A DNA stretch of 64,000 bases from Phoronis australis (GCA_002633005.1 NMRA01000191.1:426466-490465); one strand, 5' to 3'. Positions 27,201-60,193 are shown, counted from the stretch's first letter. Numbers and translations are program-made. The notes: a model not told the origin generated them from the sequence alone.

Positions 27201-30200
27201 AGTTCCCTCGTCTACACTTGCACATTTTTTTTAAAAAAAGGTGTTTTTGTTGCACAAAATATGATGCATATTCCTGCCACTTGATGGCGCTTTTCTAGTG
27301 AATTGACCAATCAGAGAGCCAGATTGTATTGTTGTGCTTAGTTACTTCAATATGGCTGCTCCCATGGAATGTGATGTCTGTATAATTCAAGGTTTATCAA
27401 ACAGCACAAAATTGTGATGTCAGAGCCTAAAGAAGCTTAGGAAAGCTTCCTGACGAAAGCTGATTGACTGTGGAACTCTGTAGATCAGTAGATCAAAAAG
27501 AAGAAGAGGTGTCACAAACGTTTGTGCAGAAAACAGCTGCATGTCCTGGTAGCCTACACAGTATACTGCTGAGTGCTATAGACTAGAATACCAAGTGTCA
27601 GACCAGAAAATTGAAAGGACATAGAACGGCATAGCAACGTTTCAAGGCACCAACAGTAGTACTAAAGCTGAAGTTGCTGAAAGTGATACAGATGTTATCC
27701 AAGATTTCCCAAGAAAATCAATCACTTCCAAAATCTGAAACACCCAATTAACCTGAACAAGATAGGAACATTCTGAAACATGAGTGCATCATTTGTTAGC
27801 AGGAAAAGTACATTATGGGCCACATTTCAAGAAAGAGAAAGAAGTATAGCTTTCAAAAACAGGTACGTGTTTTTTAAAAATACATTTTGGTGTTTTCCAC
27901 GTGTGATTCAGTATTATCACCAGTTGTTTTTTAACTTGTTCAGCCCCTTGACTGCCTAGGCCTTAGACAATACTGCTGACCCAGTAGAGACGATGATCAT
28001 ACTATAGGTACTTCATATGCCGGATACTTTTCGGCAAATTATGTTCCTATAAGTTTAGAAGTACCGCGTAGAGAGATGCCTCTGAGGAGGTCGTTAATGT
28101 TTTCATTTGTTCCCAGTTTAAACAAATACTCCTGCAATCCTGTTTTTCGAACACTCCATTCAGTTGCCACATCGACACTGCTTGCGCTAAGGGATAATCC
28201 TATGGCGTTATACTGTGGGTGTGATTTTAAAGCACTTTAAGTCNNNNNNNNNNNNNNNNNNNNNNNNNNNNNNNNNNNNNNNNNNNNNNNNNNNNNNNNN
28301 NNNNNNNNNNNNNNNNNNNNNNNNNNNNNNNNNNNNNNNNNNNNNNNNNNNNNNNNNNNNNNNNNNNNNNNNNNNNNNNNNNNNNNNNNNNNNNNNNNNN
28401 NNNNNNNNNNNNNNNNNNNNNNNNNNNNNNNNNNNNNNNNNNNNNNNNNNNNNNNNNNNNNNNNNNNNNNNNNNNNNNNNNNNNNNNNNNNNNNNNNNNN
28501 NNNNNNNNNNNNNNNNNNNNNNNNNNNNNNNNNNNNNNNNNNNNNNNNNNNNNNNNNNNNNNNNNNNNNNNNNNNNNNNNNNNNNNNNNNNNNNNNNNNN
28601 NNNNNNNNNNNNNNNNNNNNNNNNNNNNNNNNNNNNNNNNNNNNNNNNNNNNNNNNNNNNNNNNNNNNNNNNNNNNNNNNNNNNNNNNNNNNNNNNNNNN
28701 NNNNNNNNNNNNNNNNNNNNNNNNNNNNNNNNNNNNNNNTAATGTGAGTGTAATATTGTTCAATACAATGGCACTGATGGGACCATATTACTTGTTTTAC
28801 AAAAAAGTCACCAAAACTGTTGTTTTTACAAATATAAGTTTACTAAGCTCTTTGGTGATTATTAGGTAACTTCAAACTCAAATTTCTCAAAAATGTGCAA
28901 CTTTATATGTGGGAACTTTTTAGATTTTGAAAACACTCTAATAAATGAACTAAAAAACACCAAAATAAAATTGCCCCCCTAAAGTACTCACAAAAACCAT
29001 TTTCTAGAGGCCCTACAAAATCTGGCCCACCGACTATGCCTGAATTGTTTCTACTGTGTGTACTGTGTAGTTCTGTAGATTAGAAAGCACTGTTTTTAAC
29101 TATTACGTGTGTTCAGTCAACTTTATTTTCCATGAAATTGGGTTCCCTGTCAACTGTTTAGTTTTCATTTTTCTGGTGGCGGGTTGCATGTTGCATTCTT
29201 GGTACTAGTCGCATATAATGAAACCACATTTTGAGAACCAGCCTGTTGCCCGTTATTCAACGGGGAAAACTGGTTCTCAAAATGCAGGTACGTTACATCC
29301 GACAACTAACGCATTCTTTAGAACCAGCCACTTTTAATCCCAGTCAGGTATTATGTTCAATATTATCCAACATGCCAGATACTTGATTATTTATGAGGAA
29401 CTAAATTCGAAGCAATGCACTAGTCTGATGGCAAATATACAGATATACGAACATTTAATCCTGATAATGTTATTAAAGTTTGGCATATTGGTGTTTTTGT
29501 TGATATTCAAAAGTTAAAAGTAAAGGCTACTGATAAAAGTTAAAAACTAACTTAGACAATGGTTGTATAGTTCCCCGTGGTGTATTTGCTATTTATATTA
29601 CAATTCAAAGTGACATAAATGGTTCAGCAAATGGACCACACCTTGGTTTTGCATTTACTTCCATTCAGTTATCATGAGTGATTGTTGCAGTCTGTGTGCA
29701 ATAAGCAAGTACAATATTGGAAGTGAATGGAAAACTGAGATGCAGACCTTTGCTTGGCCATTCACGTCACTTTGTATTATTCCATGGATAGTAAATACAT
29801 GCCAGGGGAACAGAATTCAATGTGGAAAATATCTTTCTAAGGTGGTCTGTTTTTTTAAAAAGCTGTTTCGTGCCTCTCTTACGGTGAGGGTTAAAATTAC
29901 ACTAAACACCGCCTCATCAAACGTGTAGCCTTTACTTTTAAGATAGACGTTAGCTAGACACGTGCATGCTTATGTTCTAGACGGTGCCTCCTGCTTCAGA
30001 CGAAGCAGATTTCTTCAATTCTGCACCTGAGGACACATCTGGATTTGGCATGGATGACGTAAGATTTTCTTGATTACCACCAAATCTGTAGGCACTTCTG
30101 AGAAGAAGGGATATCCCTGTTTTGTAGCTTACTGGATAGTATGGTGTCGAATTGTTGTGTATTTTTGGTGTAAAATCCAACTGATTTTGTTTTATTTGCA

Positions 30201-33200
30201 TTGCTGACCTCATTGGTTCACAAGGAAAAAGTAACCCAGACTGTCACGTCACACTGCTAGGGTGACATGTTTATTATTTTAATTTTCATGCCAGGCACAG
30301 TTTTCTCCTAGTTACGTTTGGCTAGAAAAGCATGCTCTTCCCTGTATCAATTGTATTTGTTTGAATATCGGATGCTATACTTTCACTTCCCCAAAACGAA
30401 ATATACTCAGCTCTGCATTATCCGAACCCAGTGAATGTGGCCGACCCTTTCGACGCGTTCAGTGTGTTGCAAGTTTGCGTGGCTTTCTACTTCAGCAACT
30501 GCCAGAACAGAATGGTCCAAGCGATGCCTACTCTGCCATTAGCTCAGTAGACCGAGAACGGCAAGAACCTGAGAAGCTGAAGCAATGGAAGGCAGAACAG
30601 AAGGAAATGTTGACCAAGAAGGGTAAGTCGGGGCAAACTGCCCCCAGGCATGGGCGGCGCATCACAGGGGTGCTGGGGGCTGTAACCTTCACTTTTTCAG
30701 TGCTTTGCCCCCCATGCTAGGGGACTTATAAATATTGTTTTCACTTCTATTCGTTGAATTGGTGACCTATTATGCTCTATCTAATGTTTTAATGTTTTAC
30801 TTAGTGGTGTAGTGGTTGAAGTTATTTGGGTCTTCAGGGTGGTAAGTACTACTCTGACAAAATGTCTTTCAATTTTGTTGACGGTTGTTAATCCATCTGG
30901 TTTTTTTACTTTAACGTTTATTGCTGGGGATTACAAAGATCCCTGCCTGTTGAAATAAAGACAGCTTAACAAAGGCTTTATGCGGGAATTTTGTAGGAGA
31001 TTTTAGATGTACACCCATCATTTTGAAAGGAATTGGGCATTGTGGTGCCAAAGATGAGTTGATTAGTTTGTACGTAAGACTGCATATGTGTGCTTTTGGA
31101 AGTCCAAAAATCACAAATACTGCCTGTGAACTCCAGTCCATATGTAATACTACTGCAGAAAACTATAAGTGTACACTTGGCTCAGTTCATAATTTAATTT
31201 GTTTCTTCTGACAAATGTGTAATCAAAACGAAATCAGCATTTAAATATATACGAGTGCCACATTCTCTGAGTTGTTGCGTTTCTGAAATGCATTCATTGT
31301 GTTATTTTACAGACGCTGATGAAGAAGAAAAAATTAGTGAGTGGCAAGTGACAGCCAGGCAAGAACTTCAGGACTGGTACAAGCACCAGAACGAACAGGT
31401 GGAGAAAACAAAGGTGTCCAACAGGTAGGCCATCTCACTGAGCTTTGGGAACAGGTTTGTGCTGGTGACCTGATAGGTCAACATCTGGCACTTGTTTCAG
31501 CCCAATAATTTCTTGTCCATTTGTCTGTGCAGAAAAAACTGGTAGTCATCAGATCAGTTTTAAAATTGAACTTAGGAAATTGAAAAATAACTGTTTATGC
31601 TAAAGGTCATGTTTTGCAGTTGTGTTTGCTGTGCATTGCTTTGTTACTGCAATTATTTTTAAGTTTGTCACTCTAATATGATCAAAGACTGCTGTTATTA
31701 ACAAAATTGAACTCTCCGAGACACTCAGTAAAATTACGTCTAACCAGTGACCTTGCGAACACCGGGCCCCTCTACACCTCAACTACTTTTTTCAACATTT
31801 TGTCAGCTCATGACACGATGATCGTGGGTTGAGAGCTGAAGAAAACATCATTAAAGGCATTTACTGTGCATTGGAGCCTGCCATACATTCTGTAGACGTG
31901 AGAACTTTGCCAAAATGCAAAGCGTGTATTAGAAGGAAACATGCGAACACACTAGCTTTAGTCGCAAGACTCTTTAGTCTACACAACTCAGCCCTGGTAT
32001 TCAACAGAACACTGAATAGTGAAGGCACGCTTTTATTAGAAAACAGGTTGCTTCTGGCTTCCTATTTGATTTGGCATGGCAATTGACATTTTTCAAAAAT
32101 TGGCATTTTATTTTATTATTTGGCCAGAACATGCATCTGTTAATAGGTGATGTAGCACAATTTTGTTCTGTAATTGAATGTCTGATGACGGTGTTGCCCT
32201 AACCGATTCTAGAAATAATACGAATATTGAGATCTAACACAATGACATCATTCAGTCAGCAAAGCTAGACCACAGTGCCCCCTTTTGAAATCGTGGAGCA
32301 TCATTGTTAGTAACCCTGCACTAACACTTCTACTGCACAATCCTCACTATTGTATACTTTCTTTTGCCACGCTTATAGGATTGCCAACAAGTGAGTAATT
32401 CCTATGGCGTTTGTTGTTGCGGTCACCTGGTGCAAGGTGTTAGCCTGTTGTAGTTTTGGTTGTGTTTGTCGATATGGAGATGGTGGTTGCATAATTGTGT
32501 ACTACCCACGAATCTTAAATAAGTTCAGAAAAAGGTTCTCCATCAGAGAAATTGCTTGTAGCTGACCTCTTTAGGAATTTCCCTTCTGAGCCTCGTCACT
32601 TGTGGTTTGTGGTAGATATTAGTCCACATGTATTGTTTGTGCAATTGAAGTACTGTAGATATTCAATGTTAAGCGCAATTTACATTGGAGTGAAAAGTAC
32701 AGTTGTCTGCATTGGCCATACGTCACATCATTGTCAATCGGCAAAAACATTTCGGCTTTTTGTAGCAACTGTACACAGTTTACAACTGAAAATTTGTTCT
32801 CTTCTAGTGCCCTGTTACAAGTGAATATTTCAATCTGTTGTTCTTTGTATCTTATTGAGGATTCATTACATCGATACTGGGAGCAGTCATGCCCATAAGA
32901 GAACACTTCATATGTAGTCTTGTGCAGATGATGCATTGCATTGACCTAAAAATGTAAGAACGAGTGATTAAGTGAGATCTGGCGAGATGAGAGGCAACAT
33001 AGTTTACACAGGGCACTTCATTTCATAACTAATTAATCGTACTGTAAATCTTATTGATAGATGTGCTGTGTATATGCAGTCATTTATGAGAAAAACACAA
33101 CTACACTTGTTACCGAACTTTCAAAGGTTAGAGAAAGGAGTGACTAAGTTCGTTCCGGTCTCGTTTGTCACTCCGATGACTCGTTCTAGTAAGACATGTC

Positions 33201-33687
33201 TCTCTCGCTTGGACCTATAAATTACCATGCAACTGGCGTGTCGGTTTCACTAGATGAGTAATTGATTGCGCACTGTAGCAGTCACACTGAGGGAAGAGAA
33301 CTACTTTATGTGCACATTTTAGTCCCTGATATGAGTAAGATAATAGCCTTATGTAGCAAATGTTAGAATAGGTTCTTTTAAAATTCTTTGACAATACAGA
33401 ATGTAACATTAATTCTCTGCCTCTTCACAACTGTGAAAATACCTCTTGGTTTTTCTCATCTCAATTTCCAATGATTGGCTATTTGGTTTCTAAACTTGCA
33501 CCTTTGTCATTACAGAGAGGCAGAAGCAGAATTCGTCAAGGACAGGGACGAATCAGTGCCAGGGCAGGACTGGGAACGCATTGCTCGCCTGTGTGAATTC
33601 AACCCAAAAAATTCCAAGAACACAAAAGATGTTTCAAGGATGCGATCAATACTGCTTCAGCTTAAACAAACACCTTTAGTCCGCTAA
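24256..33687 (+). CDS. CLTA: Clathrin light chain (CLTA/CLTB co-ortholog)
   Basis: Exons 24256-24409, 24955-24983, 25905(or 25911)-25958, 26904-26987, 29981-30058, 30496-30622, 31313-31424, optional 32379-32390, and 33516-33687. Conserved DDDPAADFLAREQSELAALGDD consensus segment, EPEKLKQWK...ELQDWY helix, and C-terminal WERIARLCEFNPKNSKNTKDVSRMRSILLQLKQTPLVR. Inclusion of the small internal exons is inferred. Confidence 0.95.
26904..26987 (+). CDS. Clathrin light chain cassette exon A (84 nt, phase 0-0)
   Basis: ttttag|ATG...GAC|gtaagt; encodes MQPAASNEADFFGNEPQQDPAGYDFLED. Paralogous to 29981-30058. Confidence 0.8.
27093..29036. mobile_element. DNA transposon remnant with 17-bp TIRs, spanning an assembly gap
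   Basis: TAGTCGGTGGGCCAAAT at 27093 and ATCTGGCCCACCGACTA ending at 29036, with TGC on both flanks. The interior has decayed Cys-rich coding-like sequence. Superfamily not assigned. Confidence 0.7.
28244..28739. other. Assembly gap (N run)
   Basis: Run of N. Confidence 1.
29981..30058 (+). CDS. Clathrin light chain cassette exon B (78 nt, phase 0-0)
   Basis: ttctag|ACG...GAC|gtaaga; encodes TVPPASDEADFFNSAPEDTSGFGMDD. Shares ctgcttc..acgaagcagatttcttc with exon A. Confidence 0.8.
32379..32390 (+). CDS. 12-nt microexon of clathrin light chain
   Basis: ctttcttttgccacgcttatag|GATTGCCAACAA|gtgagt. Phase 2-2 and frame-preserving; gives NR-IAN-K-EAEAEF. Confidence 0.75.
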
Positions 33688-34471
33688 CAGAAAAAAATAC
33701 AGTCCAGTTGTCATAGTACAGCAATTACAAATTACCTTTAGTAGATCTCCGAGACGTCGGTGACTTCTTCAATAGGACTATGTAGTTTACCAGACATCTA
33801 TTGCTAATTTATGATGATTAGCACCAATTTTCGTCAGTTTGGGTCTGTCGCAGGTGGCAGGATTAAAGCAACGTATAGTCGATTATGTGTCATTAAATTG
33901 ATGTTGTATATATGTGTAATCTGGCATTAAAAAGTTCTGTTTATGTACAGTACTTGTCAAAAGTATTCAGACAAAATGACCACAGACTTCCCTGCAATGA
34001 TGGCTGAGTGGAAGCAGACTTCAATGCCAAGTAGTCATTCCCCATGCAGACCGAGAATTAAGGCAAATTAACAAGTTTATAAGGTTGCCAAGCCATCCTA
34101 TAACGAGAATTTCGCCATTTAGTTATTACCAGTCTGTTTGTTGTTCATGAATTAACTGTCGTGACTGGGAAAATGGGGTTATGCTTGATTACTTTTGTCT
34201 TGTACTGTAAACTCAAAGTGGAAGTCATAACCTTGTTAGTGAGCGTTAAGAAATTAAATCTGTTCGAAAGCCAACAGGTGGCAGCATCTCTTCAACACAT
34301 ACGTCTCTTAGTTTCACCACAGTTTGTGAGTTAGTTAAAAAATAATCCATAACCAAATACTTAGTTGAAAACTAAAGTCACCAACATGTAGGTGCTGAGT
34401 AGAATCCATGCCGATTGATTTCAGTTGTCAAGTAATTTACTATTTAGTTCTAATAACTTCAAACATTCATG

Positions 34472-35350
34472 TTTTTTGTGCCACACATTTATATTGATGT
34501 GGGTGCATTTTGCCATCGTCTCTGTCTGTACGTCCTGGCATCTGGAGCTGTATCTCCTAAACCCTTAACAGGATCGGGATGAGATTTGGCTGACATGTTC
34601 CCAAGAAGCTGAACGGATAGCGACGAATTTCGGGGAGTTCCGACTATCGGTGTGCTCCCCAGTAGCAATTTCAGCTTTTTACGTTCATCTCTGTATCTTT
34701 TTATGTTTACCTCTGTATCTTCAAAAGTCCTCAGTGGATTTTCACAAAATTTGGCACATAGGCATTAGTTAGTGAGATGATGCTATCGTACCGTTTTCAG
34801 ACAGATTCAAAGTATTTTGCACCACCTGGGGGGCATTTTTACTGTTTTCGAGTCTGTTTTTGGCGTTCGCCCCTCTATCAACCAAACCAGTCTAAGGATG
34901 ATTGTGAAAATTGGCATATATAGTGTGAAGAGAATGGTTGACGATGATTTTCCAATGACTTTGGCTACTGTGGCGGCTCCTAGCGGCAGTTTTTTTTGCA
35001 CCCATAGCTGTATCTCCTAAACCTATTGCAGGATCTTAATTAAATTTAGCTGGTGCATTTGTATGAAGTTGACAATGGACGACTGCTTTCAGACGGATCC
35101 TACGAATGCTGTGCCCCCTATTGGCAATTTCATTTTTTCTGTTTTTGTCCTATTCAGAAGTACCTCGACGGATTTTTATGAAATTTGGTAAAAAGCTTTC
35201 AATTAAGAAATGATATGTTCTCATTTCGAATGGTTTCGATGTATTTGGGCCATCTAGTGGACATTTTTATGATACAAATAAAGGCACCTAGAAGCACACC
35301 ATTTACGATTCATTCGTGGGTGCATTTCAATGCTTTGCGTTGCTGTTGTT
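34472..35350 (+). mobile_element. Helentron-associated non-autonomous element (HINE / pearl / DINE-1-like)
   Basis: 5' T-run, GTGGGTGCATTT at about 34499 and again at 35316, a (GTCT/GTCC)-like microsatellite at about 34518-34535, internal roughly 150-bp tandem units (gctgtatctcctaaacc at about 34547 and 35007), and a 3' palindrome CAATGC-TTT-GCGTTG followed by a T-rich end. Confidence 0.7.
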
Positions 35351-36384
35351 GCTATTCATGGACAAAGGATTTCCTAATAATTAAGATCATTGCAAACAAG
35401 ATCTACTTTCCCAGGAAAAAATAAGTAACACGGCATGTTCTTGTGATACATAACAATGTTGGACCCTTGTGTTTTTCCACTTGGAGCTTTCTGTAGTTTC
35501 CAATGTTACCATTAAGAGCCCCGTTTTCCAAAGGCTGCAGGAGTACCTACAGAATCTCCAAAGAACAGTATTTTTGAAAATGACATTAGGAGAACCAGTT
35601 TCCTGTTAAACAAGAGACTTAGGTGTTATCCCCTAGTTCTTAAAATCTAAACCAATTTATCTCATTTACCGTCTCTTATGAAGAGGTCTTATTAAAGATA
35701 AGCCCACAAATACCCGTGAACACCCAGATAAATCTAGTGCTGAACAAGTGACTTGGAAGGATAACGTTACTGGGCTGAATGCTTCAGGTTTCCATAACTG
35801 GGTAATAGTCACAGGGTACTGGATTTTGAGTATCAGTTGATGCCTGTTGTTCAGTGGAAGAAACTGACTCAACAGGTGGGGCCCCTATAACTATTGCCAT
35901 TCCTCACAAGACAAACATCTCGAGCTTCATAGAATTGAACAGTGCATGGTTCACCTTCCAGATTATTGCCATTTAACTACAAAAGGTTTATGGAATATAC
36001 AGTCCATTTCTCTCAACAAACTACCATAAAATGACTTCCAAGGGAGAGGCAGAACACCCGTTTAGCAAATAGTTTCATAAGAACAATTCCAGGAATTTAA
36101 AATACCCGGTAGATAATCTTTTTCTGAAAATGTCAAAATCTTCCAATAACCAAGTTATTTCATCCCCATATTTGCTGTATTCACCCAAAAATTCTCTGGG
36201 ATGATTCGTTCCATGTTCGCTTATGATGTACAATCATTCAAGAGCAAACGACGGGCAACACTCCTAGTTTTCAGCATCGTACTTTTTAAAAATCCACGAT
36301 GGTCTAGTTCCACTATCATAGTCAATGTCCTCTTTATTATTTACACTCACTAAAGACTGCAAGACAGACAAAACAAATACTTCA

Positions 36385-38618
36385 GAGAAAGCTCATGAAC
36401 GAACCTTTATTATAATCACTAGCGAAAAACACAAAAATTATACAATGGATTCCTTTATACAACCATTTACAGTAACACTACATCTACTACATTAAAATGT
36501 TACACTGAAATCTACACCGAGAAAGCAAAGTGTTTATTCACACAAACAATGATTTCAACCATTAAATAATTACACAAAAACGAAATTTGAAGATGAATGA
36601 ACTTTCCTTTCAATTCTGTACAAGGCATTTCAGATGGGCTATTTAAGAAAAATGTACAAATTGAAGAAGTAAATATACAGCCTAGAAATTATTTACGATT
36701 TATACAGAAAAAAATATAGACACGAGTGTTGCAGTGTACTATAATCCCGAGTTCCACTCATCTTTACATTATACAAAAATGACTTGTTTATTGCGAGAAC
36801 GCGTAGCTCTCCAGCACACCAGGTGACTTCCATAGTAAAATAAATAATTTCTTTACAAGATGTACACTTTACACTATACAGAAATTTACAGCCAGGCAGA
36901 TTATGATTACAGTAGACTGTAAGAAGTGTCCAAACTGACAGGAGTGTGCTCTGGAGCGAAAATCGAATGCAAATGTGAACGTGGAAAAACTAAATCTATT
37001 ATGGTTGTACCTAGTGCCTAGGCTACCACATGAAGACTACCACAATTGTTTATTAACATATAACAGTCACCCATGGATGGACACAACACAAAGTCAGCCC
37101 AGTGAATTCAGGTTGCACAAAATTACAATTTACAAATTTACACTCTTTCATCTATGCTTTACACTATGTTTACAGGTTACACGGACAGTACTAAAATAGT
37201 ATAATTTAAACTCTTGCCTATCACAAACACTCCCCACTGGTATAATTACAGAAAGCCGAATACATTTTTCTCCCAACACACACATGAGCCTCCCTAAATT
37301 ATACAGTAGGTAATCACGGCTGGCGCCTACATAGGCCCCCCTTGATGCACACGCAGTACTGATACTGAGGAGGAAAAGAAAGGTACACGTGAAAGTTATG
37401 AAACCAACGGCTACCCCTTGGGCTTTAAGACATTCTAAACAACCTTGCATACCTAGAAATTTACAGAGACCCTCATTGGAGTGATGTACAATTTTTACAA
37501 ATGGCTCTTAACAAAACATGGCCCATTTATACAACATGGTGGTATCAAAAATCGAGTTTCACAACTGTTCATAAGACTATACAAGCTTAGCACCACTCAC
37601 GCCAATAACCAAATGTTTGCTATTTTACAGCTAGAAAGTCGTTTTTTTACATTGGGCAAACTCAACATCAACTAGACCAAATGTACAAATCAGTTTGAAA
37701 AAATAGTGCATTTCACGTCTTATCTAATTGACACTGACCCTCTCATTTCCATTAATGTACAAATGCATTGGCACGCATGGGTTGTCGCCATGAAGAGTCT
37801 GTTGAATGAGCGAAAAATTATTCACATCCCAAGGGGCCGCGCAGAGACTGCACGTGAAATTTACATACTTACATTTGTCTTATTTACAATTTACATAGGA
37901 TCAACAGGCTCATGAAGAAAATGCAAAGTGAAATATTGAACAACAATCGACTACGGGTGGACGTGTCAGGAAAAAACCATGAAGCCTATTTCGTTATTTC
38001 ATTACGGACATAAGACCTAAACTAACTCTACGTTGGATGGTACAACGTAAATACAACCAGCAAGAAATAATACCAGCCCTAGTACAATAAACACTCACAA
38101 CCGAGAAATGGATACAACTGAAATAATACGAAGGGGGTGGTTAACAGACAACTCAAAGGAAACATCTAAACCCAGTGCAACAAATAAACAACCTGCCTAT
38201 TCAGTAGCCACCCTATTACCTCAACTTTGGCATACAACATCTGATGGAAATTTTAAACAAATACTAAGTATGGGCATGTGATGGCGCATCTGTGGCATGC
38301 AGAGGAGTACATTCAAATAAATCGGACCAGACATCAGACCAAACTGAATGAATGACAGTAGCTGATAAAGTTTCATGAGCCTACGGTAAACTACAAAATT
38401 TATAGTGTATTCAACTACGTAAATGCAATTACTGACACACGCATGGACCAAGTAAACTAAATGACGTATTGTAAAAAAAGATCAAACAAAACTGATCTCA
38501 AACCGTGCCATGGCATCTTGACAAGTGGTCCGACTCAAATGAACATCACCTCAACAATTTCTACCGAAGTGGTATCACAAATAACCCAAGAACATCAGTA
38601 ATCGCCCCTGCTCCCCGG
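36385..38618 (-). promoter_or_regulatory. Pumilio 3' UTR with dense Pumilio response elements and poly(A) signal
   Basis: AATAAA (minus) at 36411-36406 with a GU-rich downstream element. One canonical UGUAAAUA (37888-37881) and ten UGUAHAUU motifs counted by eye. Confidence 0.7.
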
Positions 38619-58783
<20,165 letters not shown>

Positions 58784-60193
58784 CTGTAAAGTAAGACACC
58801 GTCTTAAAAACACCGATACCTACTTTTGATCACTAAATGGCATCAAAGCACCCTACACACACACACACACACTTGCACATAAAGTCATAAAGCTAACAAA
58901 AACTCTGAAACCAAAACCAAAACCCAAACCAAAAGGCATAGCATAGCCCTCTGTCAATATTAGACCCCAGTTACAAACATGGCTTATAGGCTCAGTAAAC
59001 ACAGACTCACCAACAAGTCAAACTCATTGCACGATGCCGGAATAGCAAAAAAACAGCTTCCTGACTGAATTGGACAGTACACGGAGTCCTTGCACCATGT
59101 TCGACAGTCAGTGAGCAGTCTGCGCTATATCGGGCAAATTTTGTGAGCCCACCTTACTGAGCATGGAGATCGGAGGGAAGAGTTGAGAGTCCAGACACGA
59201 CTTTGAGAGATGGTGAACTGGGTTTACTAGGCCTGTTAACCGCTTTTTTAAGCAAAAAATTACATGCATGAGAGCGACAGCCATGTTGTTCCCGCCCCTT
59301 GAAAACTGGTGGTTAAATAGATAGTGTTGTCTGTACACTCCAATTCTAAATTCTATTTTCAGGTAACATTAAATGGTTTAAGTAAAAATAAAGTCCCAAA
59401 ATGATAACACTCCATGCCAACTTCAGGACTATACAGTAAAGACTGCAGCAAGGTGCATATACAGTCATATTAAGTGGAACAAAGGCAGATGGACATTTTC
59501 AAAATATAGAAAGGCTGTTATTTGTGACCACATCAAACTTCAAGGAAGTCATAATAAAATCCATAGCACCTACCCTAAATTCCAGGATCAAAACATTCCA
59601 ACAGTATCTTAGCTTTACTTAACTTTTTTCGTGACCAAACTGATGCATAATACCCAGTCAAGGTGAAAGGAGACTACTAAGCTGACAAAGCACTTTGGGA
59701 CAACTGCTAAGCTAACTGTTCATTTCAAACTGGGATGATAAAAAAGTTCAAGTATCCATCAAAAACATCAGTTTTAAGAACAGGGTGTGCCCGCACACAC
59801 CCACAAACACACTGCCAAGCACCATGACATTTTACATCATACATGTAACAGAGCAAATCTGTTTAAACAGCCATTGAGAATGCGAAATAATGATCCGTCA
59901 TGGCACATAATTGGTTTTGCAGGAGAAAAACATCACTTTTGCAATTATAGTAGGATGGGATGAACATCTTCAAATTACTAGCTATCAAAATAAAATCGGT
60001 TATGAAGATTTTGTGATTTTACTACCAATCGGAAGCAACACATTTGGAAGCAACACATTAGCTTTACTTAAGGCCCTGCTCTTCAGGTTTCAAAAATGGA
60101 GAAGTCTGTTCCAACAAAAAAATCCCCATTTCATTATTTAGTGAAATAGCATGAAATTTGGGAGTTGCTTTACTTGTCCCGTTGAATAATACC

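Noticed and set aside
28215-28763. Long ORFs in the supplied track (also 56710-57576)
   Set aside because: Artefacts of N-filled assembly gaps.
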